64,000 nt of DNA from an uncultured Pseudomonadota bacterium. Lineage in GTDB: Bacteria > Myxococcota_A > Polyangia > Fen-1088. The position numbers were made by a program, and so were the translations under genes. Numbering within the stretch: the first letter of the stretch is position 1; each line of letters opens with the position of its first letter. The stretch covers positions 64,001-128,000 of the forward strand of contig CAWKBC010000001.1 of NCBI GenBank assembly GCA_963847705.1, given 5' to 3'. Below the pieces are notes generated by a model. The model was given only the letters and a program-made list of their open reading frames with translations, was not told where the DNA came from and did no database searches. Below are positions 8,312 to 17,655 of this stretch, piece by piece.

Positions 8312-10666
8312 ATGGCGATCAAGGAATACCCACGGGGCGCGGCATTTTCGGGCGTCATCGGGCGCACCATCGGTGAGTCGGAGCCGGCCTGGCCCGAGCC
8401 GGTCCGGGCGAAGGCGGGGGCCTCGAACGTCCTCTTCATCGTTCTCGACGACACCGGGTACGGGCATCTCGGCTGTTACGGCTCGCCGATCCGCACGCCC
8501 AACCTCGACCGTCTGGCGGCCAATGGGCTGCGCTTCACCAACATGAACACCACGGCGCTCTGCTCGCCCAGCCGCTCCTGCATGCTGACCGGACGCAACC
8601 ACCACTCGAACGCCATGTCCTGCATCACCGAGGGGGCGACCGGCTACCCGGGCGGCAACGGCCTCATCCCCTTCGAGAACGGGTTCCTCTCGGAGATCTT
8701 GCTGGGGAGCGGCTACAACACCTTCGCGGTCGGCAAGTGGCACCTCACGCCGATCGAGCAGTCCAGCGCCGCCGGCCCCTACGACCGCTGGCCGCTCGGC
8801 CGCGGATTCGAGCGCTTCTACGGCTTCATGGGCGGCGACACGCATCAGTATTACCCGGACCTGGTCTACGACAACCACCAGGTGCCGGCCCCCAAGACGC
8901 CCGAGGAGGGCTACCACCTCACCGAGGATCTCGTCGATCGGGCGATCGAGTTCATCGCCGACAGCCGGCAGGTCGCCCCCGACAAGCCGTTCTTCCTCTA
9001 CTTCTGTCCCGGCGCCATGCACGCCCCCCACCATGTGCCGCGCGCCTGGGCCGACAGGTACAAGGGGCAGTTCGACGACGGCTGGGACTCCTACCGCGAG
9101 AAGGTGTTCCAGCGTCAGCTCGAGCTCGGCGTCGTCCCGGCGGGAACCAAGCTCTCGGCGCGCGATCCCGACGTGGTCGAATGGAAGGGGCTCCCCGCCG
9201 ACGAGAAGCGCCTCTACGCCCGGATGATGGAGGTGTTCGCCGGCTTCCTCGAGCACACCGATCATCACATCGGACGGCTGCTCGACTTCCTGGGCAAGAC
9301 CGGACAGCTCGACGACACGCTCATCATGCTGGTGAGCGACAACGGCGCCAGCGCCGAAGGGGGCCCGCACGGCTCGGTCAACGAGAACCTGTTCTTCAAC
9401 AACGTCCCGGAGACGGCCGCCGACGGCCTCGAGGCGATCGACGACCTCGGCGGACCGAACTGCTTCAACCACTACCCGTGGGGCTGGGCCTGGGCGGGGA
9501 ACACTCCGTTTCGCCGCTGGAAGCGCGAGACCTACCGCGGCGGCTCCAGCGATCCGTTCATCGTCCACTGGCCGAAGGGGATCAAGGCGCAGGGGGAGAT
9601 CCGCACCCAGTACGCGCACATCATCGACATGCTGCCGACGGTGCTGGGGGCGCTGGGCCTGGAGGCGCCGACGCAGATTCGCGGCGTGACGCAGTCACCG
9701 ATCCAGGGCGTCTCGTTCGCGCAGGCCTTCGATGACCCCAAGGTCCCCTCGCGCCACCACACCCAGTACTTCGAGATGATGGGGCACCGGTCCATCTATC
9801 ACGATGGCTGGCGCGCGGTCTGTCCGGTCCCGGGACCGTCGTTCACCGAGGCCGGGATGGACTTTGGCGAAATGGAGCTCACCGAAGAGAAGCTGCGCCA
9901 GCTCGACGAAAAAGGGTGGGAGCTTTACCACGTGGCCGAGGACTACGCGGAGACGCGCAACGTCGCCGGGCAGAACCGCGACAAGCTGATCGAGATGATC
10001 GCCACCTGGTACGCCGAGGCGGGCAAGTACAACGTGCTGCCGATCGACAGCCGGGGGGTGACCCGTCTCATCGAAGAGCGTCCGCAGCTGGCGCGGCCGC
10101 GCGATCTCTACGTCTACTACCCCGGCACCTCGTCGGTGGCCAACAAGATCGCGGCGCGGGTGCTCAACCGGCCGCACAGCATCACCGCGACGGTGGAGCT
10201 GGCCAACGGCGCCGAGGGGGTGCTGGTGGCCCAGGGGGGGAATTCCGGCGGCTACTCGCTCTACGTCAAGGACCACAAGCTGCACTACGCCTACAACTTC
10301 CTGGGCATCCAGCAGTACCACCTGACCAGCGACGCCACGCTCACCGACGGGCGCCACGAGCTCCGCTTCGAGTTCGAGCCGACCGGGAAACCGGACTTCG
10401 CCCACGGCAAGGGGACGCCGGCGCGCGCCCAGCTTTACGTCGACGGGAAGCTGGCGGGGCAGACGGACCTTCCCGTCACCATCCCGCTCGACATCGGGAT
10501 CACCGACGGCCTCACCTGCGGGCGCGACGACGGCTCGACGGTGACGACCGACTACCAGGCGCCGTTCGCCTTCAACGGAGCGCTGGAAAAGGTGGTCGTC
10601 GACATCTCCGGCGATCTCATCGAGGACCACGACGCCAAGCTGCGCGCCACGATGGCGCACCAGTAG
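8312..10666 (+). CDS. arylsulfatase (Cys-type, AtsA/AtsD-like) with C-terminal LamG-like domain
   Basis: GGAGG RBS; LDDTG, CSPSRSCMLTGR formylglycine motif, GKWHL, SDNGAS, NTPFRRWK; no signal peptide. Confidence 0.93.
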   Translation: MAIKEYPRGAAFSGVIGRTIGESEPAWPEPVRAKAGASNVLFIVLDDTGYGHLGCYGSPIRTPNLDRLAANGLRFTNMNTTALCSPSRSCMLTGRNHHSNAMSCITEGATGYPGGNGLIPFENGFLSEILLGSGYNTFAVGKWHLTPIEQSSAAGPYDRWPLGRGFERFYGFMGGDTHQYYPDLVYDNHQVPAPKTPEEGYHLTEDLVDRAIEFIADSRQVAPDKPFFLYFCPGAMHAPHHVPRAWADRYKGQFDDGWDSYREKVFQRQLELGVVPAGTKLSARDPDVVEWKGLPADEKRLYARMMEVFAGFLEHTDHHIGRLLDFLGKTGQLDDTLIMLVSDNGASAEGGPHGSVNENLFFNNVPETAADGLEAIDDLGGPNCFNHYPWGWAWAGNTPFRRWKRETYRGGSSDPFIVHWPKGIKAQGEIRTQYAHIIDMLPTVLGALGLEAPTQIRGVTQSPIQGVSFAQAFDDPKVPSRHHTQYFEMMGHRSIYHDGWRAVCPVPGPSFTEAGMDFGEMELTEEKLRQLDEKGWELYHVAEDYAETRNVAGQNRDKLIEMIATWYAEAGKYNVLPIDSRGVTRLIEERPQLARPRDLYVYYPGTSSVANKIAARVLNRPHSITATVELANGAEGVLVAQGGNSGGYSLYVKDHKLHYAYNFLGIQQYHLTSDATLTDGRHELRFEFEPTGKPDFAHGKGTPARAQLYVDGKLAGQTDLPVTIPLDIGITDGLTCGRDDGSTVTTDYQAPFAFNGALEKVVVDISGDLIEDHDAKLRATMAHQ

Positions 10667-10694
10667 ACCGCGGGCCGGGCCCCTTCGCCGTGAA

Positions 10695-10813
10695 CGCGCA
10701 GCGACCGTTTGCGCGCAGCGACCGTTTGCGCGCAGCGACCGTTTGCGCGCAGCTACCGTTTGCACACAGTTACCGTTTGCGCGCAGCCACCGTTTGCGCG
10801 CAGCTACCGTTTG
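10695..10813. repeat. tandem repeat, 7 x 17 bp CGCGCAGC(G/T/C)ACCGTTTG
   Basis: units at 10695, 10712, 10729, 10746, 10763 (variant), 10780, 10797; the last contains the stop codon of the minus-strand aldo/keto reductase. Confidence 0.95.
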
Positions 10814-11670
10814 AACGTGTCGTAGTCGCGGGCGTGGGGCGCGATCCGCTGCTCCAGCGCGCGCCGCTCGCTCTCGGCCATCGGCACGAAGGCGTGCGCG
10901 ACCGCCAGGTTCTCCTGGACCTCGGCGATCGTCGAACAGCCGATGATGACCGTGTCCGCGAGCGAGGCCGCGTACCGGATGAGCTCGTCCGCGCGCGCCT
11001 CGTCCAGCAGCGGACCGGCCGCCATCACCTTCATCCCCACCACGCCGATCCCCTGGCGGCGCGCCTCGGCCAGCACCGTCGGCGCGAACGGTCGGCGGTG
11101 CGGATCTGCGGGGTTCACCGGCAACAGCACGCTGTCGAAGGAAAACCGCCGCATCGCCTGGAGGAGGATGTCGGGATCGTGGTGGCCGGTGAGGCCGATG
11201 AACCGGACCCGGCCGTCGGCCTGCGCCTGGCGCGCGGCCTCGATGGCGCCGTTCCGGCCGAAGAGGACCTCCAGCTCTCTCGCGTGCCGGAGATCGTGCA
11301 TCTGCCACAGGTCGAGCCGATCGGTGCCGAGCCGTCGCAGCGAGTCGTCGAGCAGGCGCAGCGCCCCTTCGCGCGTGCGCTCGTGGGTCTTCGACGCCAG
11401 GAACACCCGGTCGCGCGCGCCGGGCCCGGCCTCGCGGAACGCCTGGCCGTAGTAGTCCTGGCTCTGCTGGTAGGCGGGCGCCGTGTCGCAGTAGCGCACG
11501 CCCAGCCGAAGCGCTTCCAGGATCACGGGGACCGCCTCCTTGGCCCGACCGGTGGTGCGCAGGATCCCTTCGCCGCCGAGCGACACCGCCAGCACCGGCG
11601 CGCCCGTGCGACCGAGCGTCCGGGGGTCTGTCGTCGGGGGCGCCGCCGGCGTCATCGCGTCCGGAACCAT
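10804..11670 (-). CDS. aldo/keto reductase
   Basis: RTLGRTG, DTAPAY, FLASK, SLRRLGTDRLDLWQMH, GRVRFIGLTGH. Confidence 0.9.
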   Translation of the reverse strand: MVPDAMTPAAPPTTDPRTLGRTGAPVLAVSLGGEGILRTTGRAKEAVPVILEALRLGVRYCDTAPAYQQSQDYYGQAFREAGPGARDRVFLASKTHERTREGALRLLDDSLRRLGTDRLDLWQMHDLRHARELEVLFGRNGAIEAARQAQADGRVRFIGLTGHHDPDILLQAMRRFSFDSVLLPVNPADPHRRPFAPTVLAEARRQGIGVVGMKVMAAGPLLDEARADELIRYAASLADTVIIGCSTIAEVQENLAVAHAFVPMAESERRALEQRIAPHARDYDTFKR

Positions 11671-12287
11671 CCCGCGATGCTCCAGCGCTCCCGGGTGGCC
11701 TGTTTCGCTTCGTGCGGCGTCTCGTCGCTCATGAACAGCACCAGGGTCCCCCCGTCCGGGGCCAGCGTCAGCCGGGGGACGTTGTGCGCGTCATAGATGA
11801 TCAGCTCCCCGCCCGCGTCGGCGGGCCAGTCGGCGTTGAGGTAGATCACCGCCGAGACGACCCTGGCGTTGGAGTGACGATGGCGATCGACGTGGGTCCC
11901 GTAGCCCGCGCCGATCGGATAGCGGGCGTACTGGGCCTCGAACGAATCGAGCCCCAGAAAGAGGTCGCGGTTGAGCGAGACCCGCAGCTCTTCCATCCAG
12001 CGCATGAAGCTTCCGCCTCCCGGCATGCTCGTGTCGAGCCAGCAGACGGAGCTGCCGCGGATGGGGCTCTCCCGCAGCGCTCCGTCGACGCAGTCCTCGC
12101 CACGACCGACGCGCGCCGCGGAGAACGCATCGCCGGCGAACAGCTGCTCGGCCTCGCTCCGCAGCGCCAGCCAGCCGGCGCTTCCGTCTCGGCCGCTTTC
12201 GGGCAGCGCTCCCGGCAACACGACGTAGCCGTGCTTGCTCAATGCCTGAGCTGCAGGCCCCCAGTCGCTCACCCCGTACGCCGACAC
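11652..12287 (-). CDS. 2OG-Fe(II) oxygenase (SM-20/prolyl-hydroxylase-like)
   Basis: YARYPIG, HVD, IYLNADW, GGEL, PHE and RWSIAGWF motifs. Confidence 0.85.
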   Translation of the reverse strand: MSAYGVSDWGPAAQALSKHGYVVLPGALPESGRDGSAGWLALRSEAEQLFAGDAFSAARVGRGEDCVDGALRESPIRGSSVCWLDTSMPGGGSFMRWMEELRVSLNRDLFLGLDSFEAQYARYPIGAGYGTHVDRHRHSNARVVSAVIYLNADWPADAGGELIIYDAHNVPRLTLAPDGGTLVLFMSDETPHEAKQATRERWSIAGWFRTR

Positions 12288-12370
12288 CGACCGAGCATAC
12301 CGTAAGGACAGTCCCGCAAATGCGCGCCGGGTCCTGGTCGCGCGCGCGGATCGGTCTAAGGCTCATCCTC

Positions 12371-13261
12371 ATGCGTGCGCGAACTCTGGTGGGGACCCTG
12401 GTGGCCGCTGGTCTGCTCCTCTCGGCTGCGTCGCGGGCGCTCGGGGACGAGCCGGTCTCGCCGATCGCGCCCGTCGAGACGACCACGGTGGAGGCGCCGC
12501 CCCCCGTCGAGCCGCCGCCCTCCAAGCCGATCCCCGAGCTCGACGAGCGCACGGCCTACATGGTCGGGAAGCACACGCTGAAGCTCGGCATCTTGGCCTT
12601 CGAGTACGGGATCCTGCAGCAGCTCTCGATCGGCACCGACCCCCCTTCCTGGGCGCTGCGGGCGATCACCAGCATCCTGGTCCCCAACCTCCACCTGAAA
12701 TGTCAGCTCCTGGATCGCGGTCCGGTGGCGGTCGCGGTCCTGGCCGCGGGCTACTACGCGACCATCAGCAAATCGAACTTCAGCGGCAACCTGCTGAACA
12801 TCCCTCTCTCGGTGTTCGTCTCGGTGAAGGTCCACCCGCGGATCACGCTGCACGCGGAGGGGGCCTACGTCTACGCGCGCGTCTTCGGGACCGGCGACGT
12901 CACCCAGGCGAGCCTGGACGGCGCGGGCGTGGGGCGGGCGGGCCAGGTGGGCCTGATGGTTCAGTACCGGGTGACGCGGATCTTTTCTCTCACCGCCACC
13001 GGGCGCTACCAGTTCTACCTCGCCGACGTGCCGCTGAGCGGCACCACGACGATCGACGCCTTCACGACGGGAAGCTTGAGCGGACAGTACGTCCCGGCCG
13101 TGCAGCACCCCTGGGAGGCGATCGGGGGAGTCGCCTTCCTGTGGCACTACTTCCACCTGATCCTGGGGGCGGGGTACGGGAACTACTTCGTTCCGGGGCT
13201 CGACATCGCCAACCCGAAAAAGACGTTCGTGCCTGACGCCAGCATCGCGGTGGTGCTGTGA
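12371..13261 (+). CDS. exported hypothetical protein, probable beta-barrel
   Basis: signal peptide, Pro-rich linker, alternating amphipathic strands with Gly/aromatic turns. Confidence 0.65.
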   Translation: MRARTLVGTLVAAGLLLSAASRALGDEPVSPIAPVETTTVEAPPPVEPPPSKPIPELDERTAYMVGKHTLKLGILAFEYGILQQLSIGTDPPSWALRAITSILVPNLHLKCQLLDRGPVAVAVLAAGYYATISKSNFSGNLLNIPLSVFVSVKVHPRITLHAEGAYVYARVFGTGDVTQASLDGAGVGRAGQVGLMVQYRVTRIFSLTATGRYQFYLADVPLSGTTTIDAFTTGSLSGQYVPAVQHPWEAIGGVAFLWHYFHLILGAGYGNYFVPGLDIANPKKTFVPDASIAVVL

Positions 13262-14097
13262 AGTCTCCACGCCGGGACCTCGTTGCGCGCGGCGCAGCGA
13301 TCGCGCTGGGGGCGGTCGCGCTCGGCTGCGGGCCGGGGACCATCACCCTGCCGACCCCTCCGATGGAGGCAGAGACGGCGGCGCTGGTGATGACGTACCA
13401 GATGCCGACTGCAAACCTCGACACCGGCAACATCGATCAAGTGCGCGCCGACGCGCAGACCCGCCTCGCCCAGCTGAACCTCGACTGGCTGCCCGATCTG
13501 CTCTCCCAGGCGCTGGTCCAGCTTCGGTCCCGCCTCGACGCCGCCGGTCTCCCCGACGATCCGACCACCACGCCCGATTCACGCCGGGGGCAGCTCACGG
13601 CCGTCGCCACCATCACCCGCATCTGCGCCGGGTGGAGCGATCCGGCTGGTCCGCCCGATCAGGCCGCGAATGGCTCCGTCGAGGTGACCGCCATCGCCGA
13701 CACCGGCAAGCTCAACCCGGAGATCTGGGGAACGGCGACCTCCTGTCTGACGCGCTTCCCGCCCGCCGGCAGCACGGGCGCCGTCGCCTCGGCCACCTCC
13801 ACCGTCGTGAACGCCACCCTCGACGGCACCCTGATCCTCTACTCCCTGGGCCCGCTGCCCAAAGACACCTCCGAGGCGCAACTTCTGGTCGTCTTCAGCG
13901 GATCGATCGGCGTCGGCGCTCAGGTCGGCTCGGCCTCGTTCGACTTCGAGATCCAGATGTCTCAGGTCAGGTTCAGAGTCCCGGTCGCCAGCGGCGGCGA
14001 TGCGATCGTCACCGTCGGCACCACCCTCGGCATCCAGGGCGCGAACGCCGGCTTCTCCTGCGATCTGACGACCCTCACCTGCCAGCAGACCAGCTAG
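13258..14097 (+). CDS. hypothetical lipoprotein
   Basis: VALGC lipobox; GTGA overlap with the upstream gene; coding-like codon bias. Confidence 0.65.
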   Translation: MKSPRRDLVARGAAIALGAVALGCGPGTITLPTPPMEAETAALVMTYQMPTANLDTGNIDQVRADAQTRLAQLNLDWLPDLLSQALVQLRSRLDAAGLPDDPTTTPDSRRGQLTAVATITRICAGWSDPAGPPDQAANGSVEVTAIADTGKLNPEIWGTATSCLTRFPPAGSTGAVASATSTVVNATLDGTLILYSLGPLPKDTSEAQLLVVFSGSIGVGAQVGSASFDFEIQMSQVRFRVPVASGGDAIVTVGTTLGIQGANAGFSCDLTTLTCQQTS

Positions 14098-14353
14098 AGA
14101 GCCGCCCAATTAGGCGGCCCTAAATTGATCCGGTCTCTAGGCGAGGCGCCGGCGCTGGTCGAAGCTGGTCCGCGCGTCGTGGAGATCGGCGGAATTCCAG
14201 CGCGCTGGAGGACGGTATCCATCGTTGTAACGAGGCCGACAGTCTTCAGCGCTTCGAACGCCGAAAGCCTTGACGTTTGCGAAACGACGCCCGAGTTTCA
14301 GAACGGCGCGCTTGCCTTCACCGACGGTGCTTCTAGAGTGGGTGGGCAAGATC

Positions 14354-15769
14354 ATGGTCGGTTGGCTGGGAAGAAGGACTGAGCCGCGGGTTGGCTTTCG
14401 ACGCGAGGTCCGCGTGATCTGGCCAGGCCAGCTGCAGAGCGTGGTCGCGCGCGCCGTCAACCTGTCGCCGACGGGGATTCTCGTCGACGCCCCCACGCCC
14501 GAGCCCTGCCCGGTCGGAATCCCCCATCGTGTGCGACGTCGCGCTGCCGCGCGGGTCGCTCCGGCTTCGCGGCCGCGTCGCGCACCATCGGGTCTTGTCG
14601 CCCGCGAAGGTCGGGATGGGGATCGCCTTCATCGACCTGTCACCGCACATGGTGGCCGAGCTGCGCGACGTGGTGGACGAGAGCGACGAGAAGGCCCAGC
14701 TCGTCAAGCTGCGCTTCGCCGGCAAGAGTCAGTTGATCTGCACGCGCGCCTTGCCGACGGCCGAGGGCTTTCAGTTCACGTCGGCCTTGCCCTTCCTGCG
14801 CGCGGACACGGAGGTCGAATCTCCCTCTCCCCGGAGGCGGGCCTCGCCACCAAAGGGTGGGTCTCGTCGGTCGTGCTCGGTCCCGCGCAGGAGGACGGCA
14901 TCCCGCGCCTGGTGATCGACATTCGCGCGGGTGAGAGCGCCGCGCCACGCCTTGCGCCCGACGCGGCTGTCTCCGGCGAAGTGGAGTCGGCTGTCGCGTC
15001 GTCGGTGGTGGGAGCCGTGCCCGAGCGGGTCTGGGAGCCCTGGGATTTCAACCCGGACAACGAGGCGGTCCAGACCGACGCGCCGGAGAATGCGGACGAC
15101 GTCACGACGCCGGTGCGCGACGACCCGGACAAGACGGAGATCATCCGGTTCAGCGATCTCGAGCGTCCGGGCCGCCCGCGCGCAGCCGCCAGGGTCCGAT
15201 CGATGGCGCTGACGGCCTCCGCGGTGGCCGTGGCCGCGATTGCCGTCGGAGTCGCCATTCGCTTCAGGCCTCCGCGTGCCGCCGTCCGTCCGGTGACGGC
15301 GCCGGTGATCGTCATGATGCCGCCGGCGGCGCCCGTCGCGCCCGTCGCGGCGGCAACGCCGCCGATCGCGGATCCGCCTCCCACGGTCGCCCCCACGGTC
15401 GCCCCGATCGTCAAACCGATCCTCGCGCAGGCCGCGGAACCGACGGCGGAGCCGACCGCCGGCGACGAGCCGGTCCCGGGCGACGAGCCTCCCGACGGCT
15501 CGAATGAATTCGCGGTTGGGCTCACCGGCTCGCTGAAGGGGGCGCACAAGTACGCGCTGCATGCGCCCGACGGCGTCGCCTTCAACCTTCCCCACGCGCA
15601 GGCCACCATGAAGGTGGGGACCTACCGTCCCGCCGTCAGAGGCCTGCGCGCCGTCTGGGTGCGCGACCTCGCGGGCGGCGGCACCCACCTCCGCTTCTTC
15701 TACACCAAGTCTCGCCCCGCTCCGGAGGTCCGTCTCCACTCCGACGGCGTCCGCGTCGTCGCCCGCTGA
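14354..15769 (+). CDS. PilZ-domain membrane protein with Pro/Ala-rich linker; two compensating frameshifts (~14518, ~14819)
   Basis: RRTEPR and NLSPTG PilZ motifs continue in ORF 14529-14915 (LRGRVAH...GMGIAF) and return to the original frame at ISLSPEAG; TM helix, then small C-terminal domain. Confidence 0.72.
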   Translation: MVGWLGRRTEPRVGFRREVRVIWPGQLQSVVARAVNLSPTGILVDAPTPEPCPVGIPHRVRRRAAARVAPASRPRRAPSGLVAREGRDGDRLHRPVTAHGGRAARRGGRERREGPARQAALRRQESVDLHARLADGRGLSVHVGLALPARGHGGRISLSPEAGLATKGWVSSVVLGPAQEDGIPRLVIDIRAGESAAPRLAPDAAVSGEVESAVASSVVGAVPERVWEPWDFNPDNEAVQTDAPENADDVTTPVRDDPDKTEIIRFSDLERPGRPRAAARVRSMALTASAVAVAAIAVGVAIRFRPPRAAVRPVTAPVIVMMPPAAPVAPVAAATPPIADPPPTVAPTVAPIVKPILAQAAEPTAEPTAGDEPVPGDEPPDGSNEFAVGLTGSLKGAHKYALHAPDGVAFNLPHAQATMKVGTYRPAVRGLRAVWVRDLAGGGTHLRFFYTKSRPAPEVRLHSDGVRVVAR

Positions 15770-15936
15770 GCGGCTTCAGGCAGCGAGCCTGGAGCTGATG
15801 GAGCCGATCGGATGAGGAGACGCCTCTCATGAGGGCGACGCTCCCTCTCGCACCCACCGCTGAACGGCAGTATCGTCGGTCGGACAAAATCAAGCGGGCG
15901 TTCGAACCACCCTCGCCACGTCCCGCAAGATCACTG

Positions 15937-16881
15937 ATGCCACTCGCTCAACCCAGCGCACTCTTCGAAAAACTGGACGGCGGACTGACCGGAATTCGGC
16001 TCTACGGAATCGCGCCGCCGAAGTTGGCCTCGGACCCCGAGCAGCTGCGTGAGATCGCGGCTCAGCAGGTTGCCCGGCTTCGTCTCCTCGCACCGGAAGG
16101 CCTGGTCGTCTATGACATCCAGGACGAGCCGGGGCCTGCTGGTCAGGTACGCCCCTTCCCGTTCTTGCCCACCGTCGACCCCGAGGTTTACGCGCATGAC
16201 GCGCTTGCCGAGCTCGCGATTCCGAAGATCGTGTATCGATCCGTGGGAGCGCATTCGCGCCAAGGGTTCTCCAGCTGGATCGACACGGTGCGGGCAGCGA
16301 CCGACCGGCGCCTGAGCGTCTTTGTCGGCGCACCCCGTGGCCGGTCGCCCAGCCCGGGTCTGTCGCTGACCGAGGCATATGTGCTGGCGCGCGATTGTCC
16401 GAACCTGGTCCTTGGTGCAATCGCCATCGCCGAGCGACACGGCGCCAAAGGAGATGAACACCAGCGGATGCTCGCCAAGCAGGACCAGGGGTGCCGCTTC
16501 TTCATCACGCAATCGGTCTACGATGCCGCTTCCACCAAGTCGTTGCTGTCCGATTACGCACTGTCCCTGCAGGCGTCCGGGCGCTCGCCCGCCCCTCTCG
16601 TGCTGACGTTCTCGCCCTGCGGCTCGGTGCGCACGCTCGAGTTCATGAAGTGGCTCGGCATCTCGTTTCCGCGATGGCTGGAGAACGAGCTGCGCCATTC
16701 TGCCGACACGCTGGAGCGCTCCGTCGACCTGTGTGAGAGCGTGTTCGCCGACGTGCAGGACTACGCCCGCGAAAAGCGTCTGCCAATCGGCATCAACGTC
16801 GAGAGCGTCTCCATCCGAAAGTCGGAGATCGACGCCTCCGTTGAGCTCTATCGGCGGTTGAGCGCGCGTCTCGCGGGGTAG
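15937..16881 (+). CDS. methylenetetrahydrofolate reductase-like (MetF-like) flavoprotein
   Basis: LYGIAPPK, YDIQDE, RPFPFLPTVDP, IAERH, GCRFFITQSVY, FMKWLGI. Confidence 0.75.
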   Translation: MPLAQPSALFEKLDGGLTGIRLYGIAPPKLASDPEQLREIAAQQVARLRLLAPEGLVVYDIQDEPGPAGQVRPFPFLPTVDPEVYAHDALAELAIPKIVYRSVGAHSRQGFSSWIDTVRAATDRRLSVFVGAPRGRSPSPGLSLTEAYVLARDCPNLVLGAIAIAERHGAKGDEHQRMLAKQDQGCRFFITQSVYDAASTKSLLSDYALSLQASGRSPAPLVLTFSPCGSVRTLEFMKWLGISFPRWLENELRHSADTLERSVDLCESVFADVQDYAREKRLPIGINVESVSIRKSEIDASVELYRRLSARLAG

Positions 16882-17005
16882 GCCAACGGGTCCATCAAAA
16901 AAACGGCAGGCCGGGTGACGGTGGTGCGTGCGTGTTAGAGTCAGTGACCAAGAAACCATAGTGATTTTATGTGGTTACGGGCGTGAGCTTTTTTTCGCGA
17001 TGGTT

Positions 17006-17032
17006 AGTCGATCGCTCGGAAGTCCATTCGTC
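17006..17032 (+). promoter_or_regulatory. putative ECF42-type sigma promoter (AGTCGA-N17-CGTC)
   Basis: resembles the TGTCGA...CG(A/T)C motif I recall for ECF42 targets; lies before an operon containing a DGPF protein. Confidence 0.4.
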
Positions 17033-17057
17033 GCCAATGTGAAAGGACGGACTGAAC

Positions 17058-17627
17058 ATGCGCAACATCATCTCGCTCGCTCACATTTCTCTGGATGGCT
17101 TCATGGCGGGTCCCCGCGGGGACATGGACTTCGTCGTCTTCAACAAGGAGCTCGCCGATCACACCTATCCGCTGTTCGAGAAGGTCGACCTCGCCGTCTA
17201 CGGACGCGTCACGTACGACATGATGGAGGGCTACTGGCCCACCGCGGGGGACGCGCCCGATGCCGACGCGCACGCGAAGAGTCACGCGCGTTGGTACGCG
17301 GGCGTGAAGAAGCTGGTCGCGTCTCGCACGCTGACGGCGTCGAAGAAGCCGAACGTGCGCGTGGTCGGCGATGACCTCTTCGGCGCGCTCCGCGCCGAGA
17401 AGCAGAAGGCCGGTGGCGACATCATGATCTTCGGCAGCCCGACCCTCACGCGCGCGCTGGCGGCGGCGGATCTCGTCGACGAGTGGCGGCTCACCCTGCA
17501 GCCGGTGATCCTCGGTGACGGGCTGCCGCTGTTCGGGAAGCGCGAGACCCGCGCGCGGCTCGAGCTTCGCTCCTCGAAGACGTTCGGCACCGGCGTCATC
17601 GCGGCACACTACGTAACGAAGCGCTGA
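17058..17627 (+). CDS. dihydrofolate reductase family (RibD C-terminal-like) protein
   Basis: ISLDGFMAGP, GRVTY, DIMIFGSPTL, DLVDE, PVILGDGLPLF. Confidence 0.88.
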   Translation: MRNIISLAHISLDGFMAGPRGDMDFVVFNKELADHTYPLFEKVDLAVYGRVTYDMMEGYWPTAGDAPDADAHAKSHARWYAGVKKLVASRTLTASKKPNVRVVGDDLFGALRAEKQKAGGDIMIFGSPTLTRALAAADLVDEWRLTLQPVILGDGLPLFGKRETRARLELRSSKTFGTGVIAAHYVTKR

Positions 17628-17655
17628 CGCGCGTGCTCGCCGCCGGAGGTACGAC

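Noticed and set aside
8109-10813. The two tandem arrays as CRISPR
   Set aside because: Units are head-to-tail with no unique spacers, and there are no cas genes.
15770-15936. SAH or SAM riboswitch before the MetF-like gene
   Set aside because: A hairpin is possible near 15815-15850, but I could not match the conserved riboswitch elements; an Infernal/Rfam scan would decide.
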